From Octopus bimaculoides (Eukaryota), in the NCBI RefSeq assembly GCF_001194135.2, contig NC_068983.1, forward strand, positions 139,503,231-139,544,569: a DNA stretch of 41,339 bases. Direction: 5' to 3'. The translations under genes and the position numbers were made by a program. The notes below the pieces were generated by a model, which saw only the letters and a program-made list of their open reading frames with translations, ran no database searches and was not told the origin of the DNA. This document shows positions 1-11,440 of this stretch, in pieces. Positions within the stretch are counted from its first letter, which is position 1, and every line of letters begins with the position of its first letter.

Positions 1-477
1 GATAGAGACAGAGACAGAGACAGATTAAGATCCGCACAAAGGATGCGAGGGAAATATTTGCATATATTTCTATCAAATGTCCTTTATTACACATGTCTTT
101 AAATTTTGAAAAAATTCTTATTGTATTTCATTATAAATCCATTCCGCTAAGACGACCAATTGTATGTGGTATCTGCGCTGCATTGTTTAAAAATTACATG
201 AAAATGTATTAGTTCCACTGCATAAAATTTCTCGATTTATATATAAATATACTTGTTTGTATCAATATGTATATATGCTTCTCTTGTTGCCCATCTGCCA
301 ATACACACACACAAATATATAATTTTACACACACACACACACACACATGCACAAAAAATTATATAAACACATGCTCTAACACATGCACGCACATACACAT
401 ATATGTTATATATAAGTATGTATTTTATGCTTATATATATACATATATATACACATATATATGTATTCATATATATA

Positions 478-562
<85 letters not shown>

Positions 563-1354
563 GTAAATATATAAATGTACATATGAATATGTATATATAC
601 ATATACTTAGATATATATATATATAAATATATATCTATATATATATATATATATATGTGTGTTTGTGCGTGAGCGCTTGGGTGTGAATTTCGGTGTTATA
701 CTTTATATGATAGTTTAAACCTATCAACATATGTGAAGAAAACAACAAGAGTACGAAAAGAAATAATTAAATAGTATTTAAACATGTTACAACAAAAAGC
801 TATTTGCTATTGTATATGAGCAGATTTACTTTTTTTTATCATACTCTTTGTTACTTCTCAGTTGCTCATATGTAGATATAATATGTGCATGGAACTAATC
901 TCTGGTGTCTTTATTTTCATCTCCTTCAAAATGTTTTCATATCTTGCAGACAAAATGAAGGAAGGGAATACATTTCTATGAATTATACATTTGTTGCGTC
1001 ATCATATAGCACACTGGTTTGTTTAGCATTCTCTGATATTCATAACACATCTACGTATATATTTATACACATGACCAACATTTATATTCAAATGTACATG
1101 TATAGAAAATCATCGTACATGAATCCAGAAGTACACCCCACGAAGAGAAGATGCACACACACAAACAATCCCCACACACACACACACTAACACACACATA
1201 TACACAGCGAGACACAGTCATTGATACAAACACGAAGAGTGAGGCACCTACGCGCATACAAACACACACACATACAGCTATATATATGTTTGTATGTATC
1301 AACCTATCTGTGTATAGGTCTGTCCCTGTCTATCTCTTTCTCTCTCTCTATCAA

Positions 1355-1387
<33 letters not shown>

Positions 1388-2167
1388 NNNNNNNNNNNNN
1401 NNNNNNNNNNNNNNNNNNNNNNNNNNNNNNNNNNNNNNNNNNNNNNNNNNNNNNNNNNNNNNNNNNNNNNNNNNNNNNNNNNNNNNNNNNNNNNNNNNNN
1501 NNNNNNNNNNNNNNNNNNNNNNNNNNNNNNNNNNNNNNNNNNNNNNNNNNNNNNNNNNNNNNNNNNNNNNNNNNNNNNNNNNNNNNNNNNNNNNNNNNNN
1601 NNNNNNNNNNNNNNNNNNNNNNNNNNNNNNNNNNNNNNNNNNNNNNNNNNNNNNNNNNNNNNNNNNNNNNNNNNNNNNNNNNNNNNNNNNNNNNNNNNNN
1701 NNNNNNNNNNNNNNNNNNNNNNNNNNNNNNNNNNNNNNNNNNNNNNNNNNNNNNNNNNNNNNNNNNNNNNNNNNNNNNNNNNNNNNNNNNNNNNNNNNNN
1801 NNNNNNNNNNNNNNNNNNNNNNNNNNNNNNNNNNNNNNNNNNNNNNNNNNNNNNNNNNNNNNNNNNNNNNNNNNNNNNNNNNNNNNNNNNNNNNNNNNNN
1901 NNNNNNNNNNNNNNNNNNNNNNNNNNNNNNNNNNNNNNNNNNNNNNNNNNNNNNNNNNNNNNNNNNNNNNNNNNNNNNNNNNNNNNNNNNNNNNNNNNNN
2001 NNNNNNNNNNNNNNNNNNNNNNNNNNNNNNNNNNNNNNNNNNNNNNNNNNNNNNNNNNNNNNNNNNNNNNNNNNNNNNNNNNNNNNNNNNNNNNNNNNNN
2101 NNNNNNNNNNNNNNNNNNNNNNNNNNNNNNNNNNNNNNNNNNNNNNNNNNNNNNNNNNNNNNNNNNN

Positions 2168-2218
2168 TTGTTTACACCACCTGTCTTCGTCTGTAGTTTT
2201 TTTTCGTAAATTCTCCTG
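2168..2218 (+). mobile_element. 3' tail of pLTR-like mini-element (family C), truncated by gap
   Basis: TTTACACCACCTGTCTTCGTCTGTAG...GTAAATTCTCC matches the tails of the copies near 22090-22140 and 35285-35310. Confidence 0.6.
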
Positions 2219-2256
<38 letters not shown>

Positions 2257-2985
2257 AAACATTTTCCGTAGTATTCACAACGTTTCTGAAAATATATTTC
2301 ATCTCATAAGATATCGGCACGTATTTCAATTCGATTGCTTGCTTACAAATTGTTATTTAATCTGATAATGACTGTTGAAATGCAGAATTTGCGATGAATA
2401 TTCGGATGATATATTTTTATTATTGCTCTATTTCTAGTAGAATGCAGAATATCATTACGGTGTTGCAAACTGGCTATAATGATATACAGATTGTTCGGAC
2501 CAAATAACTATACATCCGTGTAAGAGAAACAAATAAATATCACAGTATACGATTTCACACGTACAAAATCAAATAGATATTTACAGCATGATGCTTTATT
2601 GTGCTTAAGATTCCTTGTTTACTATCTGCATACAAGTTATTGGATATATCTTGGGTCACGACAAATACCACTACAATTCTTATCTTTAGGTATTCCTCTA
2701 AGCAATTGATAATGACTATTTCACATATCACATATGTTTATGCTTAATAAATTTTCTTTTATAAGTCAATCAAGCATTGTCTGCTCTCTTTACAGTAAGA
2801 TCGGCCTATACAACAAGAATAAAATTGGAAATATTCCTAAATGTATATCTGTTTTATCTTGTGGAAAGCATACGGCATACGGCATATATTCTGCATATGT
2901 GTATATGTATGTATTTGCTTAAGTATGTATTCATTTGTGTATATGCATACATTTGCCGGTATATATATATATATATATATATATA

Positions 2986-3811
2986 GAAAGTAACAATGAC
3001 TACTCGTTTTAACAGATATATTTACCAAATTTACATTAAATTATCTTGAAATGCTAAAGAGTAATTTTATTCGATAAAATCGACATTGGCTTCAGAATCT
3101 GCGACTTCAGAATCTGCGGCACCTCTTTTGGACGATCTCCTTGTTTAAGCTGGTTAATACTGCCATGATTCTTGCTTTCAGTTCATCGTTGGTGTCACAA
3201 GGAGTTTTGTTGGTCTCTCGCTCAACTGCGCGTCACCCATAATAATCAAGGGGGTTGCAGTCTGGGTAGTTAGGTGGCCAGATGGTAGCGGTGATGTGGT
3301 CGCCGAAATTGTCTGGCAGCCATGACTGGGTTCTCCTGCTTGTGAGGAATGGTGCAGTTCTGTTGCCTGGTAAAGGGTGTTCCAGCAGCAACCATCTTCA
3401 CCGAGGGCAGCACTACTTCCTCCAGGCATTTGGTGTAGGCCTCCGTGTTGAGTCTGAGGACTTGTGGGAAGATGAATGGAAGTATAACGTTCCCATCGCT
3501 AGTGATCACTCCAAACACCATGATGTTGAGTGGATATTTGATTTTTATCACACTTGGTACATGTACTGTCCTCAAATTGACACCGAAACACTCTGAAAAT
3601 TTCGTATTGGGACTTTCAGCGTGAATGCCATGCAGTAAAGCATGCCGTTTCCAAATTTCTTATAGAGTGAATTGCGTTATGGTGGTGTTTTTCTCACAGA
3701 CGCTGCCCAACTGGCCCTATGATACTGTGTAGTTGACAAAGTCAAAAACAAGCAGTGCACATGCGCAAAATTATAAATACAAGACGGCAACAATTTACTC
3801 ATGGCATCCTG
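2986..3811 (-). mobile_element. Internally deleted Tc1/mariner-superfamily DNA transposon, DD37D (maT-like); one TIR retained
   Basis: TIR-like end CAGGATGCCATGAGTAAATTG (3811-3791, minus) next to TA at 3812-3813. It contains a transposase remnant. AT-rich 3' UTR runs to about 2986, where a (TA)n tract replaces the second TIR. Confidence 0.85.
3067..3680 (-). pseudogene. Transposase pseudogene (DD37D)
   Basis: Manual translation: decayed start ccaccATA; EIWKRHALLHGIHAESPNTKFSECFGVNLRTVH (HTH-like) joined to VPSVIKIKYPLNIMVFGVITSDG...QQN, then a frameshift, then APFLTSRRTQSWLPDNFGDHITATIWPPNYPDCNPLDYY...EANVDFIE*. There are 37 residues between the 2nd and 3rd catalytic positions once the frameshift is corrected. 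In-frame stops and a 15-bp-period duplication at 3090-3118 are present. Confidence 0.85.
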
Positions 3812-4476
3812 TATACACACACACACATACACATATATGTATATATATGTATGTATATATATATATATATGTATGTATGTATTTTATGCATGTATGTGTG
3901 TGTGTATATATATAATGTATACATATACATATATATGTAATGCTTGTGTGAGGATCTGGTTGTGTATGCGCATCTGCACGTGCTTTGTTTTGTGTCAATT
4001 TATAATTTCTTTCTTGAAATATGCTTTGGAAGATGACATTTGGACGTTTATCTTATGTGGGGTTATGGCTCATAGTTGAGTATATATTTCTGCACATTCA
4101 TTTTCGTGGTAAAAGTTAAATTTCAGTGACAGAGGTATTAACACTGTGGGGTAATATTTATGCCCACTTAAACGTGGATGTTGTTTTAGAACAAACTGTA
4201 CAAAGGTTGTTACCATGAGAGAAATCCTCATCTTAGCTCTTTGGTGCTAAATGCACTTTAGTTTATATCGCCAGTGAGGAGAAATATCCCCACTACATCC
4301 AGCGCCGAGAGTATCTAATCGCGTGTTTCCGAGCTTGTCAATGATGTTCACTCCACCGCTAAACATAGCAGCGACTCATCCCACCGTCAGCGATATATTG
4401 ATAATAAGTGCCAATACAGGAACTGCTGTCACAATTAGTCAAGTAAGCTCGGTAACAATCGATGTGCAGTTTGTTC

Positions 4477-4626
4477 TATGTTAGCGACAGAGGTTATACT
4501 AATACCTAGAGCTAATATTTATATCCATTTAAGTATGGATGTTCGGTTTGTTCTAACCGAACATCCATACTTAAATGGATATAAATATTAGCTCTAGGTA
4601 TTAATATCACCTCTGTCGCTAACATA
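4477..4626. repeat. 150-bp near-perfect palindrome (72-bp arms, 6-nt loop)
   Basis: 4477-4548 is the reverse complement of 4555-4626 with 2 mismatches; loop TGTTCT. Confidence 0.97.
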
Positions 4627-4755
4627 TATATTTTCAAATTACATTTTTCTTCCGCATCGCTCTCATTTTTTTTCTCTTTTCTCACTGCTCCGTTTTTCTA
4701 TTCGATCCTTTTTCTATCCCGTCCTTTTTTCGTTTAACCCTTTGTTACGTTTACC

Positions 4756-5102
4756 TTTTCTTTTACTTGTTTCAGTAATTTGACTGCGGCCACGCTAGGG
4801 CAACGCCTTTAGTCGAACAGATCGACCCGAGGACTTATTTGTCGTAAGCCTAGAACTTATTCACTCGATCTCTAAGTTACGGAGACATAAACACACCAAC
4901 ATCGGTTGTCAAGCGACGGTGGGGTGACAAACACAGTGACACAAACTTCTTTCACTGTTTCTTTCTACGAAATCCACTCACAAGGCTTTGGTTGACCCGA
5001 GGCTATAGTAGAAGACACTTGCCCAAGGCGTCACGCAGTGGGACTAAATCCGGACCCATACAGTTGGGAAGCATGCTTCTTACCACACAGTCACACCTGC
5101 GT
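4756..5102 (-). mobile_element. tRNA-derived SINE family A, near full length, lacking the internal microsatellite
   Basis: Collinear with 19925-20321 and 36008-36770: tail TTTTACTTGTTTCAGT, body GACCC..GGACTTATT, head CACAAGGCTTTGG..GAGGCTATAGTAGAAGACACTTG..GTGGGACT..TTACCACACAG. Confidence 0.9.
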
Positions 5103-5344
5103 CTTCTTAAGTATATTTACAGCACCACTATACTAGAAGCAGACTGGAATATGATAATATACGTGGAACTCTAAATATAACATTACGTTTTGCATAACTA
5201 TTTGTACTATAGGAGAATATATAAATTTATAAAATTTACAGAGGTATGTACAATTGCAAAACTACCAATGAATCAGCGCATCTAGTGCATGTTTTTCAAA
5301 AGCATTCAGTTGTAGATATTGAAATCTTAATTTCAACGACGTAG

Positions 5345-5495
5345 TAGTGGGAGTGTTACGAAGTCTGCTTCCTAACCACATTCTACTGGGTTCTGTCCCG
5401 CTGCGTGATACCTTCAGCAAGTTCCTCTACTCTAGCCTCGAGCCGACCAAATTCCTCTAAGTAGATTTGGTAGACGGATGCTGAAAGAAGTCCGT

Positions 5496-5583
<88 letters not shown>

Positions 5584-5650
5584 CATGTGTGTGCGAGGGG
5601 AGTAACGGTCCCCCGCCATCCGTGTTGGTGTCTTCATGACCAGTAAATGA
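5345..5650 (+). mobile_element. SINE family A, diverged 5' half with expanded internal (AT)n(GT)n
   Basis: GGGTTCTGTCCCGCTGCGTGATACC...CTCTAGCCTCGAGCCGACCAAA...GATTTGGTAGACGGATGCTGAAAGAAGTCCGTCG is the reverse complement of the heads at 4965-5100 and 20180-20320. Confidence 0.85.
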
Positions 5651-6495
5651 GGGCGTCGTAATTGATGTTTTGCAATCCTGAAGAAGTTGTCAGAAAATGG
5701 AAAATCAGTCCGTTAAGAAGGTCACGAAGACTTAAAAGACACTCGGTTTGATCCTAAATCAAAAAGTAGCTTTAAACTCATATTACAATTTGAGGAGACT
5801 TGACCCAGGAAGCCTGCATGGAGCTTTCTCTGTTGGATGATGTTATCCAAACCATGAGTCCGATTCTCCTGAAGATTATGGAGAGATTTGAACTTAACTA
5901 GAAAAAGAAATTTCAGTTTGCTTTGTTTTTTTTCCTTGCTGTTTTTCCGGCTTCATTTGCATATCTTTATAAGCTGTTTTAGCTATATTTCAATGTGTAT
6001 CAAATAGCCTATATTTGTCTACGTCCTCTCTTTCTCTTTCTCACTCTCTTTTTCTGTCTCTCGCCTTCTCACTCTCTGCCCCATTCTCTGCCTTCACATA
6101 GTGATATTAAAACACACATATATCTATGTTAGACAGGAACACACAGTCACACACAGACACATACAGACACTCACACACACACACACATACACATACACAA
6201 ACACACATTTATATGTATGAATGAATGTGTGCTTCTATGTATATATATATATGTTACAAATTGCTATTGACGAATAGTATAAATATTGGGCTATATAACT
6301 TGTAGCTTATATTTCCTATAAATCAATACTATATGTAGAAATCCAGGATAGTAAATTTAATTATGTATTTCTGGTTATTTATCTACTGTAATGCAAACAC
6401 AAAATAACTAAAACGATATTAATAATGTTGCGTAGTTTTATCTATACGAATATCTTTTTAAATGCCTGCATGAGTGAATGTGCCTGTATGTACAC

Positions 6496-6547
<52 letters not shown>

Positions 6548-8149
6548 NNNNNNNNNNNNNNNNNNNNNNNNNNNNNNNNNNNNNNNNNNNNNNNNNNNNN
6601 NNNNNNNNNNNNNNNNNNNNNNNNNNNNNNNNNNNNNNNNNNNNNNNNNNNNNNNNNNNNNNNNNNNNNNNNNNNNNNNNNNNNNNNNNNNNNNNNNNNN
6701 NNNNNNNNNNNNNNNATATATATATATATAGTTATATAGACATATAAATTGTGTGTACATAGGTGTATTTTTCCATAGATAGATATATGCTTGTTTTTAT
6801 ATATATGAATATGTGGAAGATGTTTTGACGAAAGAAGTCTGCGCGTCCTTTTATGGTCTGTGTTTGTCTCTTTATGAAATTAGAACAGAATATTGATTTT
6901 ACCTTAGGTTATTTATATATGAGAAGAAGAATTAGCCTAGTATATTCTAAACATGATACACGAACCCTAATAAATTGCATCTATATTCACATGGCAGATA
7001 TTTATGTCCCTATGATGTACAGAAATTGCGAAAAACCATGTCATTTCTAATTAATATGCCCAAATTCTAAGGGCTGCTCACCATAAAATATATACTGACC
7101 TGATACTAATCAGTTATACATGATGTATTCAAACTTCTTTATTATCTGGTCAATATATTCTACGTTTACAGTCAGATAAGAATTCCCAAAGTTTGTTATT
7201 TAGATACACTATTATGGTTACATATCTGCAGATATATTGTAAATGCAGTTTAAATTAACAAAACTGTGTGTATTTGTGCGAGTGTGCACTAGTAACATTT
7301 AAACAAGTTTTTGCAGCGTAGAAATAAAATATCTGCATCTTCATCACATGGAAGATATATGCAAACGCACTCACACCTATTATATATATATGTAGATAGA
7401 TACGTATGTATATATGCATAAGATAGATACGTATGTATGCATGAAGGGAATGTGGGAAAGCGAGAGAGATTGTAAGTGTAGTAAATCGGTGCAGTTAGAG
7501 TGTATTTAAGCATTAGCTATCGGGATAGACTAATGACAATATGAGACATCAGATGAATGTTTGGATTAAAAAATTATCTCGTAGTCATGAGTTTAATGTA
7601 AAAACTATAAAGTGGAAAGCTAATTGTTTGTGTAAATAGTACTGCACATTCCACGGTGATTCACGAGTTTCTGTAAACATGAATTTTGGATTTGCTAAGT
7701 TGGGTATGAATTATTTCTCAAAGAATCTTAATATACACGCACAAAACCAAATACCTCCACAGGTTTGTGATCAAGCTATGACATTGTTAGAAAACACTAA
7801 ATATTTAGTGGGATGGAATCGAAAATAAAGGCAAAAGTTTGCTGATCATATTTCTTAACCACAAATACGTCATGCTACTCACTGTAAGGGATGATAATTT
7901 ACACTAATACTTCTGTAAGATTTTGTAAATTCAGTTCTAATTGTTTTGAATTTTTTCATCTATCACCCTTTACTGCCAGGCGTTCTTCCTTGCTAATAAT
8001 CTAATTTTGATTCCTTTGTCTAAGCTCTGTTTCATATAAGTATACTCGGATCATGTTTAGTAAATAGTTTCTATTTCTGTTATTATTTATTTATTATTTA
8101 ACCGTAGGTTAACATTTGCCGAGCAAACCTCCGAACAGTTTCTAACTAT

Positions 8150-8750
8150 GACTATTCCACTTCATTTCGACGTTCAGAGTAATGTGGACTGAGATCTACA
8201 TTATACAACATGTCCTTTTTGTTGGACGGTATGGAATAATTGAAGAAACATTTCATTGCTATTTTCAGGACAGCGAACGAACAAGATGTTCTCGCAATGC
8301 TTGTAGGTTCTACAAGCATTGCAGTTTTCTTATTACTGCATCCTGCTGCTTTACATGCGTTCAATTGTGTTTGGAGGGGACGTAACAATAACCATTTATT
8401 TTTCGATTTGCATCTCATCTTTCTTAGCAAGTGTTGTAATCATTTCTTGTCTACTTCTGTCCTATTCAGTTTTTGTTTTCCAGTTATTCGCAATGTGGCA
8501 TCTTTTGTGGTCATTGTTTCATCCTCTTAGCATTTCGTGGGGCTCATTTAGCTTAGATTTTATTCTTTTCTTAGCAGTTCCTGCTGTGTCTTCCATTTCT
8601 TGAAACTATCTGTTGCTTCGGCATTTGATTGTATTCGTTTAATTCTTCTTAGAAAGCGCTTCATTGTACTATAATTTTATATATTAATCTTCCATTGTTC
8701 TTCTCTCTGTAGCTTACGATAATCTTCTTGTTATAAATATATGCCCATAC
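8150..8750 (-). mobile_element. Highly decayed non-LTR retrotransposon fragment, R4/Dong-like C-terminal region
   Basis: Fragmentary translations across frameshifts: EKNNGRLIYKIIVQ*SAF*EELN, TIE(R)HV.AAGC (end of a CCHC-knuckle-like motif) and KCFFNYSIPSNKK. The minus strand is A-rich. Recognised by eye only. Confidence 0.4.
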
Positions 8751-9371
8751 CTGGTGCAATCTAAAGTTAGTCATTCTTATTATTGCGAAATCTTTATATC
8801 GCTAGAAAAAATGACCTGACGTTTTCATTTTGGTCCTTTATATTCTGAATTCAAAGACTGTAGGGCTCTGATTCATTCGATCTTTTTATGTCTTGTGCCT
8901 AAGCACGAAATAATTATTCAGTGGGATGAACTGGAAAGAGAATTAACAGAGCATGTCAGTAAATACCTTCCAGATCAAATCCTAACGACATCAACTTAGG
9001 TTTTCCACATTTCAGAGTCGATTATATAACGCATCATACACTTACTGGCTTGATAATAACGAATAGTGTCTCCCCTCAAATTTTGCTGGCCTGGTGCCTT
9101 AATTAGAATATATTTTATTTTAATATGGTTTTCGTGCGTTTTTGTTTCGACGTTTTGCTAAACGTATACGTATGAAATCAAGGTATCTATTAGATACAGG
9201 TTTTGATACTGAGGCTATCATGTCTAACAAGCAATCTTTGGATATATTTATTCTTTACCAGTCACTTTTTCTCTCTTTGAACGTTCTACTGTGGCTGCCA
9301 TCGTAAGAAAGACCAGAAATGAAGTACAAGGAATTGGAAAGATGTCTTCTAGTTGGTATTAATAAAGTTTG

Positions 9372-9408
<37 letters not shown>

Positions 9409-9644
9409 NNNNNNNNNNNNNNNNNNNNNNNNNNNNNNNNNNNNNNNNNNNNNNNNNNNNNNNNNNNNNNNNNNNNNNNNNNNNNNNNNNNNNNNNNNNN
9501 NNNNNNNNNNNNNNNNNNNNNNNNNNNNNNNNNNNNNNNNNNNNNNNNNNNNNNNNNNNNNNNNNNNNNTTTTTTTTTCCTTGTGAGGTTATTCACGCTA
9601 ACTACTTGATAAATTCTTATAAAGTCTTTTTCCTATTATTGAAT

Positions 9645-9675
<31 letters not shown>

Positions 9676-9899
9676 ATTTATATATATATATATATATATT
9701 TGTGTGTGTGTGTGTGTGTGTATGTGTGTGTGTGTATGTGTGTGTGTGTATTATATATATGTGTGGGTGCATGTTAGCTGTAAATCCCTAATATTACCCC
9801 AATATAGTATAAATTTCAGGCAAGTTATGTATATAAAATTCAATGCTATTTCCTTATGCATTGCAATTTTTTAAATGGCTCGTTACATTGAAATATATT

Positions 9900-10660
9900 G
9901 CTATTGAAATGAAACGGCTTCAGAATTGCTCTTTGCAGCTTCAAATCGTCAAGTGAAATCTCTAATTACAGAAATGACCATAGCATATAAAACAGCTAGA
10001 GAAATAATGATTCTGAACTTGTAAACCGTTGATTTTCAACACTTGACAGGTCTCCATCGACAAGTTTCGTTCCATTTCACTCATTTGTTAGTAATTTAAT
10101 AACTGTACAATTTGAAGATACTCAGAGACATGCCTTGAGTCTGTCAGCAGGGTCTTGATCTTCAAATGCTGATGATTTTCGACGAACAATTCAATATTTC
10201 TCACGTCATTATCAACAATAGCATCACTTCTTCATTATAATGTTGCAGATGTTGATGAGAGCAGGGATATAGATCATGACAAACGATAACAGCATGCATC
10301 TTCAAAAGAACAAGAGTTTAATACTTCCTGTTACTTCTAATCCTTGGTGTCAGATTAAGTTTTCAGAACATCCTGCAGCACCAACTTGATGCGATGCGAA
10401 TTTAAAGTAAATGATTTGAGACTATTGATTCTTGTTGGTACACGTGTGTCAGAAGTAAATGCATACATTTTGGTCTGTAGGAAAATATATTATACAATAA
10501 TTCTTTTTTAGATACCAGCTTTAGCGTTTCTGAATTTCTGTTGCATAAATTCAAAGCATGACGAGATTTTCATTTTTCGTAATATTTCCTCCTCTCTTGT
10601 AGAGGGATTTTATATTGGTAACCCTCCAATATTCTTGGAGTTTGCATTCTTCCAAACGTT
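9900..10660 (-). mobile_element. Highly decayed CR1/L2-like LINE reverse transcriptase remnant
   Basis: Minus-strand fragments in RT order: LEECKLQEYWRVTNIKSLYKRGG (cf. LP.DW..ANV.PI.KKG), LEVTGS..FVMIYI, ML(F)VDN (YADD position), QLLNY..EME..LSMETCQVLKI (cf. W.M.FN..KC.VL). Many stops; spacing implies an internal deletion. Confidence 0.5.
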
Positions 10661-11399
10661 ATATATATATGCGTGCGTATGACTGTGTGTGTGTGTGTGT
10701 ATATATTTCTGTGTTCTACAAATATATATATTATTAGAACACATTGGATAATGCTGTGATCAGTGCTATAATAACAAGGTGGTCACTAGTAGAATGATTT
10801 TAATGGTAGATATATGTGTGTGTGTTCGCTGAAGATTGACTCTTAGTTAAATAAGAAGCACCACAGCATGATATGATATATGCTTCTGCGTTAAAACATA
10901 AGGTAAATTCTTAAGTAACTACAGTGTCGTATGAAATCTGCGAATCCGTTTTAATGAATACATATGGGAATTAAATTTTAGAAAAGCGAAACTAAATATA
11001 TTTCTTCATAGTGTAATAATAATTTCGTTTTACAAAATAAAACATAAATTTTAACAAAATAAAACATGTCATATCCATGTCATTTGTTTTTACAATCCAT
11101 CCTACTCTTGAAATTGTTCTATGTGGATAATGGCATATCAATTACATTTGCATTATACAATTGGAATGAACCGGCATGTTTATTACCCGTCTCGTTTTCC
11201 GCCTATGGCGCCATTTAATATCAACAACAGACGTAAGATGAGTCCAGTAGCTTTACTTGCATTTAACGTGTTTATGTTTATTTTAAGAAAGGAATAACGA
11301 CCGGCCGAAACGGTGCCTACGTGACCGTTTTATTTAGGAAATTATATTTGTGTTTAAATTCAGTATATGTTTCAGTAATTAGCATTTACATGTGCCTTC

Positions 11400-11440
<41 letters not shown>

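Noticed and set aside
862-981. Open frame after a good acceptor (LLICRYNMCMELISGVFIFISFKMFSYLADKMKEGNTFL*)
   Set aside because: No recognisable homology and no partner exons; compatible with chance in AT-rich DNA.
4290-4470. Minus-strand CUGACGG...hairpin...GAAC resembling a hammerhead next to the palindrome
   Set aside because: Two core positions are wrong and helices I and III could not be assigned.
5650-5885. Minus-strand *PS*RTDFPFSDNFFRIAKHQLR, loosely like Tc1 WP..SPDLNPIENLW
   Set aside because: Motif spacing is inconsistent with a DDE domain and the similarity is too weak.
11281-11320. TTAAGAAAGG...CCGAAACGG, hammerhead-like
   Set aside because: The 5' core is degenerate, helix II has only 2 bp and there is no palindromic helix III.
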